Assembly (NCBI GenBank): GCA_963719225.1
Contig: CAVRAY010000002.1
Span: forward strand, 736,001-800,000
DNA: 64,000 bases
From: Thermoanaerobaculia bacterium
GTDB taxonomy: Bacteria > Acidobacteriota > Thermoanaerobaculia > UBA5066
Direction: 5' to 3'
Positions within the stretch are counted from its first letter, which is position 1, and every line of letters starts with the position of its first letter. Positions 10,078-21,214 of the stretch are shown here, piece by piece. Below the pieces are notes generated by a model. It did not search any database and had not been told where the DNA came from. It worked only from the letters and a program-made list of their open reading frames with translations. The position numbers and the translations under genes are program-made.

Positions 10078-11286
10078 GTGAGCGTCGTCGTCGCTGCTCC
10101 CGGGCTGGCGTGGCTGGACGCCCTCGGTCCGCAGAAGATCCGCCCGGGCCTCTGGCGCACCCGCGCCCTTCTTTCCTTTCTCGGAAATCCCGAATTCTCT
10201 TTCTCTTCCATCCTCATCGGCGGGACGAACGGGAAGGGGTCGACGGCCGCGTCCGTCTCCGCGATCCTCACGGCCGCCGGCGTGCCGTGCGGCCTCTACA
10301 CGTCGCCGCACCTCGTCTCGGTCGCCGAGCGCGTGCGCCTTCACGATCGCGACGTTTCTCCCGCCGCGCTGGACGCCGTGCTCGCGCTCGTCGCCTCCGT
10401 TTCGGCTCCCGGCGACCGCTCGCCGACGTACTTCGAGGCGATGACGGTCGCGGCGTTTGAGCTCTTCCGGCGCGCGCGCGTCCGCGTCGCCGTCGTGGAG
10501 GTCGGGATCGGCGGGCGCCTCGACGCGACGAACGTCCTCGAGCCGGAGGTCTCGGTCGTGACGAACGTCGCGGCAGACCACCTCGACGTCCTTGGCCCCA
10601 CGCTCGAGGACGTCGCGCACGAAAAGGCCGGCATCTTCCGAACGGGCCAGCCGGCTCTCGTCGGCGCGGAGGGGACGGAGGACGGCGCACGAGCCGTCCT
10701 CCACGCCGAGGCGCGTCGCGTCGGCGCCCGTCTCGTCGAGATTCCGCCGGCGCCGCACTGGGCGGGGCTCTCCCCGCTCGCCGGCGCCCACCAGCTCGGA
10801 AACGTGGCGCTCGCGGTCGCGGCCGCACGCGCGGTGGCGCCCCTGGACGACGCGACGATCGCGCGCGGTCTCGGGGCGACGCGCTGGCGCGGGCGGCTCG
10901 AACGCCTCGAGACGCCGGGGCGCCGGCCGCTCCTCGTCGACGGCGCGCACAATCCGCCCGGCGCGCGTGCCCTCGCGGCGCACCTCGACGCGGCCGGACT
11001 CTCGGGCACGGTCGACCTTCTCTTCGGCGGGATGGCCGACAAGGATCTCGCGGCGGTCTTCGCGCCGCTCGCGGCGCGCGCGCGCCGCGTCGTCCTCGTC
11101 GCGCCGGACGTGCCGCGCGCCGAGTACCCCGAGCGCCTGCGGGTGAGGCTCGGCCGTCCTGACCTCGAGACGGCTCCGGACGTGGCCTCGGGCCTCGCCG
11201 TTCTCGAGGAGGCGGGTGGCGAGGCGCCCATTCTCGTCGCGGGCTCGCTCTACCTCGCCGGCGCGGTGCTCGCGCTCCGGGGCTGA
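10078..11286 (+). CDS. folC: Folylpolyglutamate synthase/dihydrofolate synthase
   Basis: GTNGKGST, YTSPHL, EVGIGGRLDATN, DH...LG, EKAGI, WRGRLE, DGAHNP, AGSLYLAG; conserved accD-folC order. Confidence 0.92.
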   Translation: MSVVVAAPGLAWLDALGPQKIRPGLWRTRALLSFLGNPEFSFSSILIGGTNGKGSTAASVSAILTAAGVPCGLYTSPHLVSVAERVRLHDRDVSPAALDAVLALVASVSAPGDRSPTYFEAMTVAAFELFRRARVRVAVVEVGIGGRLDATNVLEPEVSVVTNVAADHLDVLGPTLEDVAHEKAGIFRTGQPALVGAEGTEDGARAVLHAEARRVGARLVEIPPAPHWAGLSPLAGAHQLGNVALAVAAARAVAPLDDATIARGLGATRWRGRLERLETPGRRPLLVDGAHNPPGARALAAHLDAAGLSGTVDLLFGGMADKDLAAVFAPLAARARRVVLVAPDVPRAEYPERLRVRLGRPDLETAPDVASGLAVLEEAGGEAPILVAGSLYLAGAVLALRG

Positions 11287-11319
11287 CGGCGTCCGAAATC
11301 GGAAGGCTAAGATCCCGGC

Positions 11320-12681
11320 GTGAGCGAACCCGCCGGCAGAAGCCTCGTCCCCGCGTACGACAAGAAGGCGCTGGAGGCGCAGGAGGACGCGCGCCTCGCC
11401 GTCTTCGCCTCGCGCGCCTCGCGGGCCGTGCGCCGCTACCCGATCGCCGGGGAAGGCCGGACCTACGACTACCGGACGGAGTACCAGCGGGACCGCGACC
11501 GCATCGTCCACTCGCGAGCGTTCCGCCGTCTGAAGCACAAGACGCAGGTCTTCATCCCGTTCGAGGGCGACCACTACCGGACCCGTCTCACGCACACGCT
11601 CGAGGTCACGCAGATCGCGCGAACGGTCGCGCGCGCGCTCGGCCTGAACGAGGACCTCGCGGAGGCGTGCGCGCTCGGGCACGACCTCGGCCACACGCCG
11701 TTCGGCCACTCCGGCGAGAAGGTCCTGAACCGCATCCTGTCGGGCGCCGACGCGTCGTTCCCCCTGGACGCGAAGCTCGCGGCGCAGGTCGGCGCCTTCA
11801 AGCACAACTACCAGGCCGTTCGCGTCGTGGACGTCCTCGAGAAGCGCTACGAGCACCCGGGCCTGAACCTCACGAACGACACGCGCGAGGGGATCCTCAA
11901 GCACACGACGTGGCGGCGCGACTTCCCGTTCCCGGACGTGGACGGCGAGGGGCTGAACCTCGCCTCCGGCGGCCACCTCGAGGGACAGGCTGTCGCGTGG
12001 GCGGACGAGTACGCCCAGCAGGCGCACGACCTCGAGGACGGTCTCAAGCTCGTCGACTTCGAGAAGGTCCTCGCGCTCCCGGTCTCCAGGGCCGTCGTCG
12101 AGGCTCTCGGCGCCGCCTTCTCGGGCGCGAAGGACCGCACGGTACGCGAGGGGATGCTGATCCGCGGGATGATCCATCTCCTCGTCACGGACCTCATCAC
12201 GTCCTCGCGCGCGTCGATCGGCGCATGGCTCGAGGCGAAGGCCGTGAAGACGCCGGCCGACTTCTACGCGCAGAGGCGAAAGCTCCCGGGCTCCCTCGTC
12301 GCACCGTCGAAGACCGGGCAGCGCCTCTACGACGAGCTCAAGGAGTTCATCTATCAGCACATCATCCACAGCCACCGCGTCGCCCAGCACGACGGGCGCG
12401 CCCAGCTCGTCGTCACGACGCTGTTTTCCGCCTGGTACCGCAACCCGCGGCTCCTGCCGGACTACGTCCTCCTGCGCTACCGCGACCTCGCGGGCGTCGC
12501 GTACCTGAGGGACGTGCCGCTCAAGAGGCTGGACGCCGAGATCGCGGCGAACTACACGAAGAAGCCGCTCTTCCTGCGCTCGATCGCGGACCACCTCGCG
12601 GGCATGACGGACAGCTACGCGCTGTCGGAATACGACGCGATGGTCTCGGCGTACCCGCGCCGGAACCCGGGCGCGCCGTAG
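11320..12681 (+). CDS. dgt: dNTP triphosphohydrolase (HD family)
   Basis: YQRDRDRIVHSRAFRRLKHKTQV, RTRLTHTLEV, HDLGHTPFGHSGE, AGMTD. Confidence 0.92.
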   Translation: MSEPAGRSLVPAYDKKALEAQEDARLAVFASRASRAVRRYPIAGEGRTYDYRTEYQRDRDRIVHSRAFRRLKHKTQVFIPFEGDHYRTRLTHTLEVTQIARTVARALGLNEDLAEACALGHDLGHTPFGHSGEKVLNRILSGADASFPLDAKLAAQVGAFKHNYQAVRVVDVLEKRYEHPGLNLTNDTREGILKHTTWRRDFPFPDVDGEGLNLASGGHLEGQAVAWADEYAQQAHDLEDGLKLVDFEKVLALPVSRAVVEALGAAFSGAKDRTVREGMLIRGMIHLLVTDLITSSRASIGAWLEAKAVKTPADFYAQRRKLPGSLVAPSKTGQRLYDELKEFIYQHIIHSHRVAQHDGRAQLVVTTLFSAWYRNPRLLPDYVLLRYRDLAGVAYLRDVPLKRLDAEIAANYTKKPLFLRSIADHLAGMTDSYALSEYDAMVSAYPRRNPGAP

Positions 12682-12707
12682 CGGCCCGGCGGAGTCGGGG
12701 AGGCGAC

Positions 12708-13292
12708 ATGCGGACGGGACGGCTGGAGGCGTTCAGCGACGGCGTGATCGCGATCATCATCACGATCATGGTCCTCGAGATCAAGGTGCCCCACGGCGAC
12801 ACCGTGCACGAGCTCGTGCCGCTGCTGCCCGTGTTCCTCAGCTACGTGCTGAGCTTCGTGTACGTCGGCATCTACTGGAACAACCACCACCACATGCTCC
12901 AGACCTGCACGAGCGTGACGGGCGCGATCCTGTGGGCGAACCTGCACCTGCTGTTCTGGCTGTCCCTGTTCCCGTTCGCGACGGGGTGGATGGGAGAGAA
13001 CCACTTCACCCCTCTGCCGACGGCGCTCTACGGCTTCGTCCTGCTCATGGCCGCGATCGCGTACTACGTGCTCCAGCAGGCGATCATCCGCGCGCAGGGG
13101 CCGGCGTCGCTCCTGAAGAAGGCGGTCGGGCGCGACTGGAAGGGGAGGCTGTCGCCGGTCCTCTACGTCCTCGCGATCGTGTCGACCGTGTGGGAGCCGC
13201 GCATCGCCGAGGCCATCCTCGTGGCCGTGGCTCTGATCTGGCTGATTCCGGACCGTCGCATCGAGAGCGTCCTGCCGCGCGCGGGGGCCTGA
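12708..13292 (+). CDS. TMEM175-family (prokaryotic K+ channel-like) membrane protein
   Basis: RLEAFSDGVIAIIITIMVLE and YWNNHHH signatures; GGGGAGG RBS. Confidence 0.9.
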   Translation: MRTGRLEAFSDGVIAIIITIMVLEIKVPHGDTVHELVPLLPVFLSYVLSFVYVGIYWNNHHHMLQTCTSVTGAILWANLHLLFWLSLFPFATGWMGENHFTPLPTALYGFVLLMAAIAYYVLQQAIIRAQGPASLLKKAVGRDWKGRLSPVLYVLAIVSTVWEPRIAEAILVAVALIWLIPDRRIESVLPRAGA

Positions 13293-13349
13293 CGCGCCGG
13301 CCCCGCCGCGAGGGTGTGAGGCGGCCCGACGGGCCTACACTGCCATGCG

Positions 13350-16300
13350 ATGGATTTAATCAAGCGGATCGCCATTGGGCTCCTGTTGTCTTGTATTGCA
13401 ACCGTGTCTCAGCTCGCCGAGGGCGCGGTGTTCTGGAGGTCAGCGACCGACGCGCCGCTCACGCCGAACGTCGGCCTGATCCTCGGAGACGAGAGCCGCA
13501 CTCTCGCTTTCGATGCGTCCCACGCATACGAATTTGACGGCTTTGGCTGGCGTGCCGTTCGGCTCTTCGACGAGACGGGAGCCGAGTTGCCGACTCCTCA
13601 GGGAAGATACTTTTTTCGCGCGTCCCGGTTCTTTGTTCTCGTCCGCGATGCGGCTGGAACCCGCCTGCTGAGGCTCGAGGGCGACACGTGGAGGACGATC
13701 TTCGCGACGGGACCGGTGGACGTTGCCGTGATCGGGTCGACAAGAATGTTCTTCGCAACCGGTGGTTTCAACGACTGCCAGTACGAATCCAAGCCGTGTC
13801 CGAGCCCACCGCCGGCGGGTTTGGGCGTGACGTCGGTGTCGTTGCTGGACGGATCGGCACGAGCTGAGGCTCCCGTTCCGGGATGTTCCGGAGATCTTCA
13901 GGCGGCCGGCGACGTTCTCTATCTTCGCCAGTTCAGGCCGAGCTGCGCCTATCCGAGCGCACGGTCGACTCTCTCGGCGGTTTCGGCGTGGGGCGGCGAC
14001 GCATCCGTCCCGATCTATCGCCTCGACGGGAATTCATGGACCCTGCTGCCGCGGCTCGACGTGTCCGGCTACTTCAGCCTTTTCACAACGCAGAGAGAAC
14101 TCTGGGTGCTCTACCCGGTCTCCTCGTCCGCGGAGCAGATCCGGCGTGTGACGGCCGAGGGGCTCTCGGCACCAATCACGCTCCCGGGGAATTACGGAAT
14201 TGGCGACTTCGTAGACTGGAACGGAACGCTCCTTTACCTCACCCAGGACCGCGCCGCTCCGCTCTTCCGACTCGTGAACGGCACGTTTAAGCCGTTCACG
14301 CCCGCGGTGTCTCCGTCCCTCCCCGACACGCGGATCTACGTCGCCGGGAATCGTCTCTTTCAATGCACGGCGGGATCGGATCCGCAGGTGCTGGGAACGG
14401 GGGGCTGGCTTTCGACACCCGGCGCCCTCGGCTCATCCCGTGTCGACCGGTTTCTGCACGGAGACAGCGGCACGTACGCGGTGCGCGGCGCCGAGATCTG
14501 GCGGCTGGACGGGAGCGAATGGACCCGGCTCCCGCGTCCCCCGCTCGCGTTCAACGTTCCCACGGGTTTCGTCTTTCAGGGCCGGCCCGTCCTCTTCGAC
14601 ACGTCCCACGTTCTCACGTTCGACGGCTCACGCTGGGTCGTGATCGCCGAGACCGGGCGGGATGTCGCATCGTGGAATTCGGCGCCGGCCTCGCTCGTCC
14701 GGCCGGACGAGTTCTGGTTCTCGGCGTCGATCGACCGGCTCTACCGTTATCGTGACGGAACCCTCCAGACCTTCGTGAACGCGGAGCCGCTCGATCCGAC
14801 CGGACAGTTCACGACGTCGTCCGTACGCGACATTGGGGGAGATGTCGTCGTCTTCGGCGTCGGAGGAGGAGCTTTCCACCTTCAGAACGACTCCGTCGCC
14901 GACACCGACTCCCTCGTCCCGGCGTTTCCCGACCTCTCGGGTTTCTTCCTGCGCGATGGCGCGTCGGTGAACGGCCACACGTACCTCCTCGTCCAGGCGA
15001 AGCCGGGCAACTCACCCGCCCGCCCCTCCCTGGTCGAGCGCACGGTGGATGGCTTCAGGCCCCTCGTCATGGAGCAGGACTACTCGCAGGGACTGATCCG
15101 AAAGCAGGGCGAGGATTTCCTCGCCGTCCAGGGGAACAGCCTTCTCTTCGGCGGTCTCTCGCTGACGGGCGATCGGCTCCGGGCCCAACGGGCGGACCGG
15201 GCCGGTTTCACGCTCGATTCCAGCGGTAACTTCGCGACCCACCGGTTCGAGGATTCCTTCGTGGCAGCGGCGGTCCCCGACGGCCTCCTGCTTCCTGTTC
15301 TGCGCGTCCGCAAGACGGTTCCCGCTGCGGTCGATGCAACGGGCGTCGGAGGACTGCGGTATCGGACGACGCTCGTGGTCGCGAACCTCTCGGCGTCCAC
15401 GCCGTGCGTCGCCCGCCTCCTGCCGGGAACGTCAGACACGGCGGCCCTCGAGCTTCCTCTTTCGCCTGGAGAGCAGCGGATCGTCGAGGATCCAGCGCCC
15501 GGCTTCGTCGGCCCGCTCGCTGTCGAGTTCGAGGGGCTCGATGAGGATCAGGATGCCTTCGCAGCGGTTCGCGTGTTCAATCCCGCGGGGCAGGGCACTG
15601 CGGGCGGCGTCCTCGTCGGGCGAGACGCAGGGAGCGTCGCCGGGCGGAATCTGCTCCTCGCGCCCTCGCCGCGCACAGGCTCTCGCCTCCACATGGCGGC
15701 CTCGGCGGCGGTGGACGGCCCAGGCCAGGACCTGACCACCATCGACTACGGCTTCGACCCCGCGGTCTCGGCGCGGGTTCCGGCCGGCGCGTTGTTCCAG
15801 ACGGACCCGACCCCGAAGAACCTCATGAGAGTTCTCGACCTCGGTGCCTCGTATGCCGCGCCGACCGATGACCTTCTTGCCTACTGCGTCCGCAACGACG
15901 CGGGCGCGAACGACGTGACGATCGCGGAGGCGGAGCCAACGGCCGTTCTCTTCGCGCGACTCGAACGATTCCTCCCCGCGGTCGTCTCCGTCGAGTCCTC
16001 CTACGCGCGCTACCGGACCGAGATCTCGTTCGGACGGTTCGCGACGGACGTCTACCCGCCGCAGGAGCGGACGTACACCGTCTCGTTCCGACCCTCGGGC
16101 TCCGCTTCGCCGCCGTACTCGTTCCCCGTCACCGTGGCAGGAGACGTCCTGCACGTCCCCGACGCGGCCGCGTGGCTCCGGTCGAACGGCGCTCCGGTCG
16201 GAGAAGCCGTCGAAGGAACGCTCTCGATCTCGGGAGAGGGGCCGACGGGCGCGTCCGATCTCCTGGTCGGCGCGGTCGTCCTCGCACGGCCGACGAACAG

Positions 16301-16682
16301 CTCCGCGGAATACGGCACGGCGGTTCCCGCGTTCGCCGAGGGCGCCTGGGCGCACACGCGCGCCGTCGTCCCCGGGCTCCTCGAGTCCCATGCGTTCCGC
16401 TCCAACGTCGCCGTTGCGAATCCGGAGCCGGATGGCGGTCCGTCCGTCACGCTCTCGGTGGACCTGCGCGCCGCGGACGGCTCGCGGATCGCGACGCTTC
16501 CCTCGGTGACGCTCCGGCCCGGCGAGCGGCGCCAGTTCAACCGGCCGCTCGCGTCGCGAGGGGGCGAGGGTTACGCCGTCATCACGCGCGTCGGCGGCGA
16601 GGGACGCTTCGTCGCCTACGGCGTCGTGAACGACAACGCCACGGGGAGCGGATCTCTCTTCGAGATGACGCGCGCCGAGTGA
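13350..16682 (+). CDS. Large secreted protein: beta-propeller-like N-terminus plus four C-terminal beta-sandwich modules
   Basis: Signal peptide; repeated (R/T)LDG..W strands; C-terminal region with YRTTLVVAN, YRTEI, FRSNVAVAN and AYGVVNDN motifs shared with 25470..28898. Confidence 0.75.
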   Translation: MDLIKRIAIGLLLSCIATVSQLAEGAVFWRSATDAPLTPNVGLILGDESRTLAFDASHAYEFDGFGWRAVRLFDETGAELPTPQGRYFFRASRFFVLVRDAAGTRLLRLEGDTWRTIFATGPVDVAVIGSTRMFFATGGFNDCQYESKPCPSPPPAGLGVTSVSLLDGSARAEAPVPGCSGDLQAAGDVLYLRQFRPSCAYPSARSTLSAVSAWGGDASVPIYRLDGNSWTLLPRLDVSGYFSLFTTQRELWVLYPVSSSAEQIRRVTAEGLSAPITLPGNYGIGDFVDWNGTLLYLTQDRAAPLFRLVNGTFKPFTPAVSPSLPDTRIYVAGNRLFQCTAGSDPQVLGTGGWLSTPGALGSSRVDRFLHGDSGTYAVRGAEIWRLDGSEWTRLPRPPLAFNVPTGFVFQGRPVLFDTSHVLTFDGSRWVVIAETGRDVASWNSAPASLVRPDEFWFSASIDRLYRYRDGTLQTFVNAEPLDPTGQFTTSSVRDIGGDVVVFGVGGGAFHLQNDSVADTDSLVPAFPDLSGFFLRDGASVNGHTYLLVQAKPGNSPARPSLVERTVDGFRPLVMEQDYSQGLIRKQGEDFLAVQGNSLLFGGLSLTGDRLRAQRADRAGFTLDSSGNFATHRFEDSFVAAAVPDGLLLPVLRVRKTVPAAVDATGVGGLRYRTTLVVANLSASTPCVARLLPGTSDTAALELPLSPGEQRIVEDPAPGFVGPLAVEFEGLDEDQDAFAAVRVFNPAGQGTAGGVLVGRDAGSVAGRNLLLAPSPRTGSRLHMAASAAVDGPGQDLTTIDYGFDPAVSARVPAGALFQTDPTPKNLMRVLDLGASYAAPTDDLLAYCVRNDAGANDVTIAEAEPTAVLFARLERFLPAVVSVESSYARYRTEISFGRFATDVYPPQERTYTVSFRPSGSASPPYSFPVTVAGDVLHVPDAAAWLRSNGAPVGEAVEGTLSISGEGPTGASDLLVGAVVLARPTNSSAEYGTAVPAFAEGAWAHTRAVVPGLLESHAFRSNVAVANPEPDGGPSVTLSVDLRAADGSRIATLPSVTLRPGERRQFNRPLASRGGEGYAVITRVGGEGRFVAYGVVNDNATGSGSLFEMTRAE

Positions 16683-16715
16683 CCGCTTGATAGGATCTTC
16701 CGTCTCGGAGGCCTC

Positions 16716-17996
16716 ATGTCGACCGTCGTCCGCCCCGCGTCGCTCCTGAACCGAACCCTCGCCGAGGCCGATCCCGAGATCGCGCGCATCGTCGCCGCCG
16801 AGACGGCGCGCCAGAACGAGGGGATCGAGCTCATCGCCTCGGAGAACTTCACGTCGCGCGCCGTCATGGAGGCCGTCGGCTCCGTCCTCACGAACAAGTA
16901 CGCCGAGGGCTATCCGGGAAAGCGCTACTACGGCGGCTGCGTCCACATCGACGAGGCCGAGTCCCTCGCGATCGCGCGCGCGAAGGCGCTGTTCTCGCCG
17001 TCGAACCCCGACGCGGTCCACGCGAACGTCCAGCCGCACGCGGGCTCGCAGGCGAACACGGCCGTCTACCTCGCGTGCCTCAAGCCGGGCGACACGATGA
17101 TGGGGATGTCGCTCGCGCACGGCGGACACCTCACGCACGGCCACCCGCTCTCGATCTCCGGCAAGCTCTACCGCGTCGTCTCGTACGGCGTCGCGAAGGA
17201 CAGCGAAACGATCGACTGGGACGCCCTCGAGGCGACGGCGAAGGCCGAGAAGCCGAAGCTCATCATCGCGGGAGCCTCCGCGTACCCGCGCACGCTCGAC
17301 TTCCCGCGCTTCCGTGCGATTGCCGACTCCGTCGGCGCGCTCCTCATGGTCGACATGGCGCACATCGCGGGCCTCGTCGCGACGGGGCTGCACCCGACGC
17401 CCGTCGGGCACGCGCAGTTCGTGACGACGACGACGCACAAGACGCTCCGCGGACCGCGCGCGGGCCTGATCCTCTGCGTCCCCGAGTGGGCGAAGGAGGT
17501 CGACAAGGCCGTCTTCCCGGGAATCCAGGGCGGCCCCCTCGAGCACGTGATCGCGGGCAAGGCCGTCGCGCTCAAGGAGGCCGCGACGCCGGAGTTCGCC
17601 GCCTACCAGCGGCAGGTCGTCGCGAACGCGAAGGTCCTCGCCCAGACCGTCGCGTCGTTCGGCTTCCGGCTCGTCTCGGGCGGGACGGACAACCACCTCT
17701 TCCTCGTGGACGTCGGGAAGAAGAACCTCACGGGCAAGGTCGCCGAGAAGGCGCTCGATGTCGCCGGGATCACGGTGAACAAGAACGCGATCCCCTTCGA
17801 CCCGAATCCGCCGATGGTGACGTCGGGCCTGCGCATCGGCACGCCCGCCGTCACGACGCGCGGTATGGGGGAAACCGAGATGCGGACGATCGGCGGGCTC
17901 ATCGCCGAGGTGCTCGCCGCGCCCGAGGACGAGGGCGTGAAGGCGCGCGTGAAGGCGAAGGTCCGCGAGCTGACGGCGGCGTTCCCGCTCTACTGA
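16716..17996 (+). CDS. glyA: Serine hydroxymethyltransferase
   Basis: [51 protein letters not shown]. Confidence 0.97.
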   Translation: MSTVVRPASLLNRTLAEADPEIARIVAAETARQNEGIELIASENFTSRAVMEAVGSVLTNKYAEGYPGKRYYGGCVHIDEAESLAIARAKALFSPSNPDAVHANVQPHAGSQANTAVYLACLKPGDTMMGMSLAHGGHLTHGHPLSISGKLYRVVSYGVAKDSETIDWDALEATAKAEKPKLIIAGASAYPRTLDFPRFRAIADSVGALLMVDMAHIAGLVATGLHPTPVGHAQFVTTTTHKTLRGPRAGLILCVPEWAKEVDKAVFPGIQGGPLEHVIAGKAVALKEAATPEFAAYQRQVVANAKVLAQTVASFGFRLVSGGTDNHLFLVDVGKKNLTGKVAEKALDVAGITVNKNAIPFDPNPPMVTSGLRIGTPAVTTRGMGETEMRTIGGLIAEVLAAPEDEGVKARVKAKVRELTAAFPLY

Positions 17997-18817
17997 GCTG
18001 CCCCGGGGGAACCCGAGGCCGGGTTCCCCCGGACCCCCTCCGCGCCTCGGAGCCGGGCCCGCGTCGTGAGGCGGATTCTCAGGACGTCCCAGTAGGCCTG
18101 CGCGCCGCCGAAGAGCGTCACGCGGGAGTCGGCCGAGTTGAACCAGAGGACGGGCACTTCGGCGATCGCGAGCCCGAGCTGCCGGGCGAGGAGAAGCGCC
18201 TCGACGTCGTACGCGAAGCGGTCCACCTTCGCCCGCGAGAAGATCTCGCGCGCGGCCTCGCGCGTGAAGAGCTTGAAGCCGCACTGCGTGTCGCTGATGC
18301 CGGGCACGGCGACGAGACGGACGAGGCGGTTGAAGAGCTTTCCCATCGCCTGGCGAAAGAGGGGCTGCTTTTCCTTGACGAGCGCCTCGTCGAGGGCGCG
18401 CGAGCCGATCGCGACGGGCGCGTGCGCGGCCGCGAGCTTCTCCCACTCGTAGACCGGCGTCGAGAAGTCCGCGTCCGACACGAGGACGAGCGCGCCCGCC
18501 GCCTCGAGGCATCCGGCGCGCACGGCGGCGCCCTTGCCGCGGTTCGCGGGGAGGCGCAGGACGCGCAGCGCGAGGCCGTGCCGCCGCGCCGCTTCCTCGG
18601 CGCGGGCGCCCGTCGCGTCGGCCGAGCCGTCGTCCACGACGAGGACCTCGATCCGCGGCGCGGGGGGGCGCGCGGCGAGGTAGGCCGCGATCGCGCCGAG
18701 GGACGCCGGGAGACGCGACTCCTCGTTGTACGCGGGGATGACGATCGTGAGCTCGACCGCGTCGCCGGACCGTCCGGCGGCGGGTTGCGTCAGGGTCTCG
18801 AGAGCGCGGTCCGTCAC
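17990..18817 (-). CDS. GT2 polyprenol-phosphate glycosyltransferase (Alg5/DPG synthase-like)
   Basis: [45 protein letters not shown]. Confidence 0.9.
   Translation of the reverse strand: MTDRALETLTQPAAGRSGDAVELTIVIPAYNEESRLPASLGAIAAYLAARPPAPRIEVLVVDDGSADATGARAEEAARRHGLALRVLRLPANRGKGAAVRAGCLEAAGALVLVSDADFSTPVYEWEKLAAAHAPVAIGSRALDEALVKEKQPLFRQAMGKLFNRLVRLVAVPGISDTQCGFKLFTREAAREIFSRAKVDRFAYDVEALLLARQLGLAIAEVPVLWFNSADSRVTLFGGAQAYWDVLRIRLTTRARLRGAEGVRGNPASGSPGAAQ
18003..18032. terminator. Perfect 13-bp hairpin between convergent genes (terminator or REP-like element)
   Basis: CCGGGGGAACCCG-AGGC-CGGGTTCCCCCGG right after the glyA stop; no U-tract. Confidence 0.5.
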
Positions 18818-19515
18818 GCGGGAGACGCCTCGAAGACGAACTGGTAGCCGAAGAGCGTCGGCCAGGCCGAGGCGAGGAGGCGCGCGCCGGCCCGGACGGG
18901 AACCGCGAACGGCGCGCGGGAAAGAGCGGGCACGGCGAGCTCGACCGGCATCGCCGTGGCCGCCTCGAACCCGATCCGGAACCCCGCGCCGGCGAGGAGC
19001 GCGCGCGCCGAGGCGCGCGTATAGAAGCGCAGGTGCGTGCGGTCGAGGATGCCTCGGTCCGCGTACGGGAACCGCCCGGCGACGAGCGCGGCGCGCACGG
19101 TGACGTTCGCGACGTTCGGGAGCGAGACGAGGAGCGTCCCGTCGGATTTCAGAAGTGGCTTGAGCGCCGAGAGGAGATCTCCCGGGCGGGGAAGATGCTC
19201 GAGGACGTCGCCCGCGACGATGACGTCGAACGGCTCCTTCCAGGGCCCGGAGATTCCTTCGAAGGCGTCGCCCGTCACGGCGTCGTCGAAGAAGCGGGCT
19301 CCTTCCGCGGCCGCGCCCGCATCGAGCTCGACGCCTGCGAGGTATCGGCACGCCGGGCGAATGCGCTCCGCGAAGTGGCCTGCCCCGCACCCGAGGTCGA
19401 GAACGGCGAGGCCTCGTCCCCGCGCCAGCACCCTTTCGAGGAGGATGACGTGCGACGACCCCGGAATTTCTTTCCACGGGTAATTCGCCGGCGCGGGCGG
19501 AGAGGCGTCGCTCAG
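18814..19515 (-). CDS. Class I SAM-dependent methyltransferase (glycan-associated type)
   Basis: VLDLGCGAG, FDVIVAGDVLEHL, SLPNVAN, GILDRTHLRFYT; start uncertain. Confidence 0.85.
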   Translation of the reverse strand: MSDASPPAPANYPWKEIPGSSHVILLERVLARGRGLAVLDLGCGAGHFAERIRPACRYLAGVELDAGAAAEGARFFDDAVTGDAFEGISGPWKEPFDVIVAGDVLEHLPRPGDLLSALKPLLKSDGTLLVSLPNVANVTVRAALVAGRFPYADRGILDRTHLRFYTRASARALLAGAGFRIGFEAATAMPVELAVPALSRAPFAVPVRAGARLLASAWPTLFGYQFVFEASPA

Positions 19516-21206
19516 AGGGGCGACCTCTGCGCGATCGGCACACGGCGGCCCGTTCCGAATGCCTTCGCGGACACCTTGAGACCCGGAGCCGCCTGCCGCC
19601 TTTTGTACTCGGAGACGTCCAGCTGGCGCGCGATGCGCTCCACGAGCGCGCGCGGGGCGCCGCTCGCGCGCGCGGCCGCCGCGAGGGACAGGTTGCGTTC
19701 GACGAGGCCCTCGAGAATCGCGTCGAGGACGGGATATGGAGGGAGCGAATCCTCGTCCTTCTGCCCCGGCCGGAGCTCGGCGCTCGGCGCCTTCGTGAGT
19801 GAGGCCTCCGGAATCACCGAGCGGCCGGCCCGCGCGTTCAGGTGCCGTGCGAGGGCGTAGACGCGCATCTTCGGGAGGTCCGAGATAGGCGCGAGGCCGC
19901 CGCACATGTCGCCGTAGAGCGTGCAGTAGCCCACGGCGAGCTCGCTCTTGTTTCCCGTCGTGAGCACGAGCGCGCCGAACGCGTTCGAGAAGCCCATGAG
20001 GAGGAGCCCGCGCAGGCGCGACTGCAGGTTCTCCTCGGCGACGCCCTCGGGGCGCGACCCGAAGACGGGCGCGAGGGCGGCCCGCGCGTCTCCGAAGAGC
20101 GTCCCGATCGGCAGGATCTCGAAACGGATGCCGAGGTTCGCGGCAAGAGCCCGCGCGTCCTCGACGGACCCCGGGGACGAGTACGGGGACGGCATCAAGA
20201 GTCCCGTGACGCTCTCCTTCCCGAGCGCCTCGACCGCGAGCGCGGCGGCGAGCGCCGAGTCGATCCCGCCGGAAAGGCCGAGGACGGCGGTCGAAAACCC
20301 GCACTTCTCCGCGTAGTCGCGGATGCCGAGAACGAGAGCGCGGCGCAGGGACTCGAGCGGCTCGCCCTCCGCGGCGTCGCCGCTCTCCACGGGAATGCCG
20401 CCCGAAACCGGCGCGACGCGCGCACGGCCGTCCGCGCCGCGCACGACGTCCGCGACGAGCAGGTCCTCGGCGAAGAGAGCCGCGCGCGCCCCGACGCGGC
20501 CACGGTCGTCGAGCACCATCGAGCCGCCGTCGAAGACGAGCTCGTCGTTGCCGCCGACGAGGTTCAGGAACGCGACCGGCACGCGTCCGTCGCGAGCGTA
20601 GCGCGCGAGCATCCGGCGCCTCAGGTGCGGCTTTCCTTCGGAGAACGGTGAGGCGGAGATCGAAAGGATCATCGTCGCCCCCCGGCGGACCAGGGCCTCG
20701 CCCGGGTCGTCGTGATAGAGGCGCCGGGCGCGCCAGAAGTCCTTGTCGTTCCAGAGGTCCTCGCAGACGGGCAGGCCGATGCGCTCGCCGCGAAACGGGA
20801 CGAGGCCGCAGCTCTCGCCGGGTTCGAACCACCGGCCCTCGTCGAAGACGTCGTACGTCGGGAGCAGCGTCTTCTTCGCGAGGACGCGGACGCGGCGGCG
20901 GTGAAGGAACGCCGCGACGTTGTAGAACGGCTTGCCCGTCCGGCGCCGGTTCGGGACGAACGTGCCGACGAGGAGCGCCGTCTCGCCCGTCCGCTTTGTG
21001 AGCGCAGCCAGCGCCCGTGCCGCCTCGCGCTGGAACGACGGGCGTTCGAGGAGGTCGCGGGGCGGATAGCCGCAGAGCGCGAGCTCCGGGACGGCCGCGA
21101 GGTCGGCGCCCGCCGCCTCGGCGCGGGACAGGACGCCCTCGATCTTCCGGACGTTGCCGGCGAAGTCCCCGATGGTCGTGTCGATCTGGCCGAGCGCGAG
21201 CCGCAC
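19512..21206 (-). CDS. nadE: Glutamine-dependent NAD+ synthetase
   Basis: Nitrilase domain (PEL..GYPP.DL, LPTYDVFDE, CEDLW) plus synthetase domain (GLSGGIDS, ENLQSR, TTGNKSE, PSAELRP, EYKRRQ). Confidence 0.95.
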   Translation of the reverse strand: MRLALGQIDTTIGDFAGNVRKIEGVLSRAEAAGADLAAVPELALCGYPPRDLLERPSFQREAARALAALTKRTGETALLVGTFVPNRRRTGKPFYNVAAFLHRRRVRVLAKKTLLPTYDVFDEGRWFEPGESCGLVPFRGERIGLPVCEDLWNDKDFWRARRLYHDDPGEALVRRGATMILSISASPFSEGKPHLRRRMLARYARDGRVPVAFLNLVGGNDELVFDGGSMVLDDRGRVGARAALFAEDLLVADVVRGADGRARVAPVSGGIPVESGDAAEGEPLESLRRALVLGIRDYAEKCGFSTAVLGLSGGIDSALAAALAVEALGKESVTGLLMPSPYSSPGSVEDARALAANLGIRFEILPIGTLFGDARAALAPVFGSRPEGVAEENLQSRLRGLLLMGFSNAFGALVLTTGNKSELAVGYCTLYGDMCGGLAPISDLPKMRVYALARHLNARAGRSVIPEASLTKAPSAELRPGQKDEDSLPPYPVLDAILEGLVERNLSLAAAARASGAPRALVERIARQLDVSEYKRRQAAPGLKVSAKAFGTGRRVPIAQRSPL

Positions 21207-21214
21207 CCGCCCTC

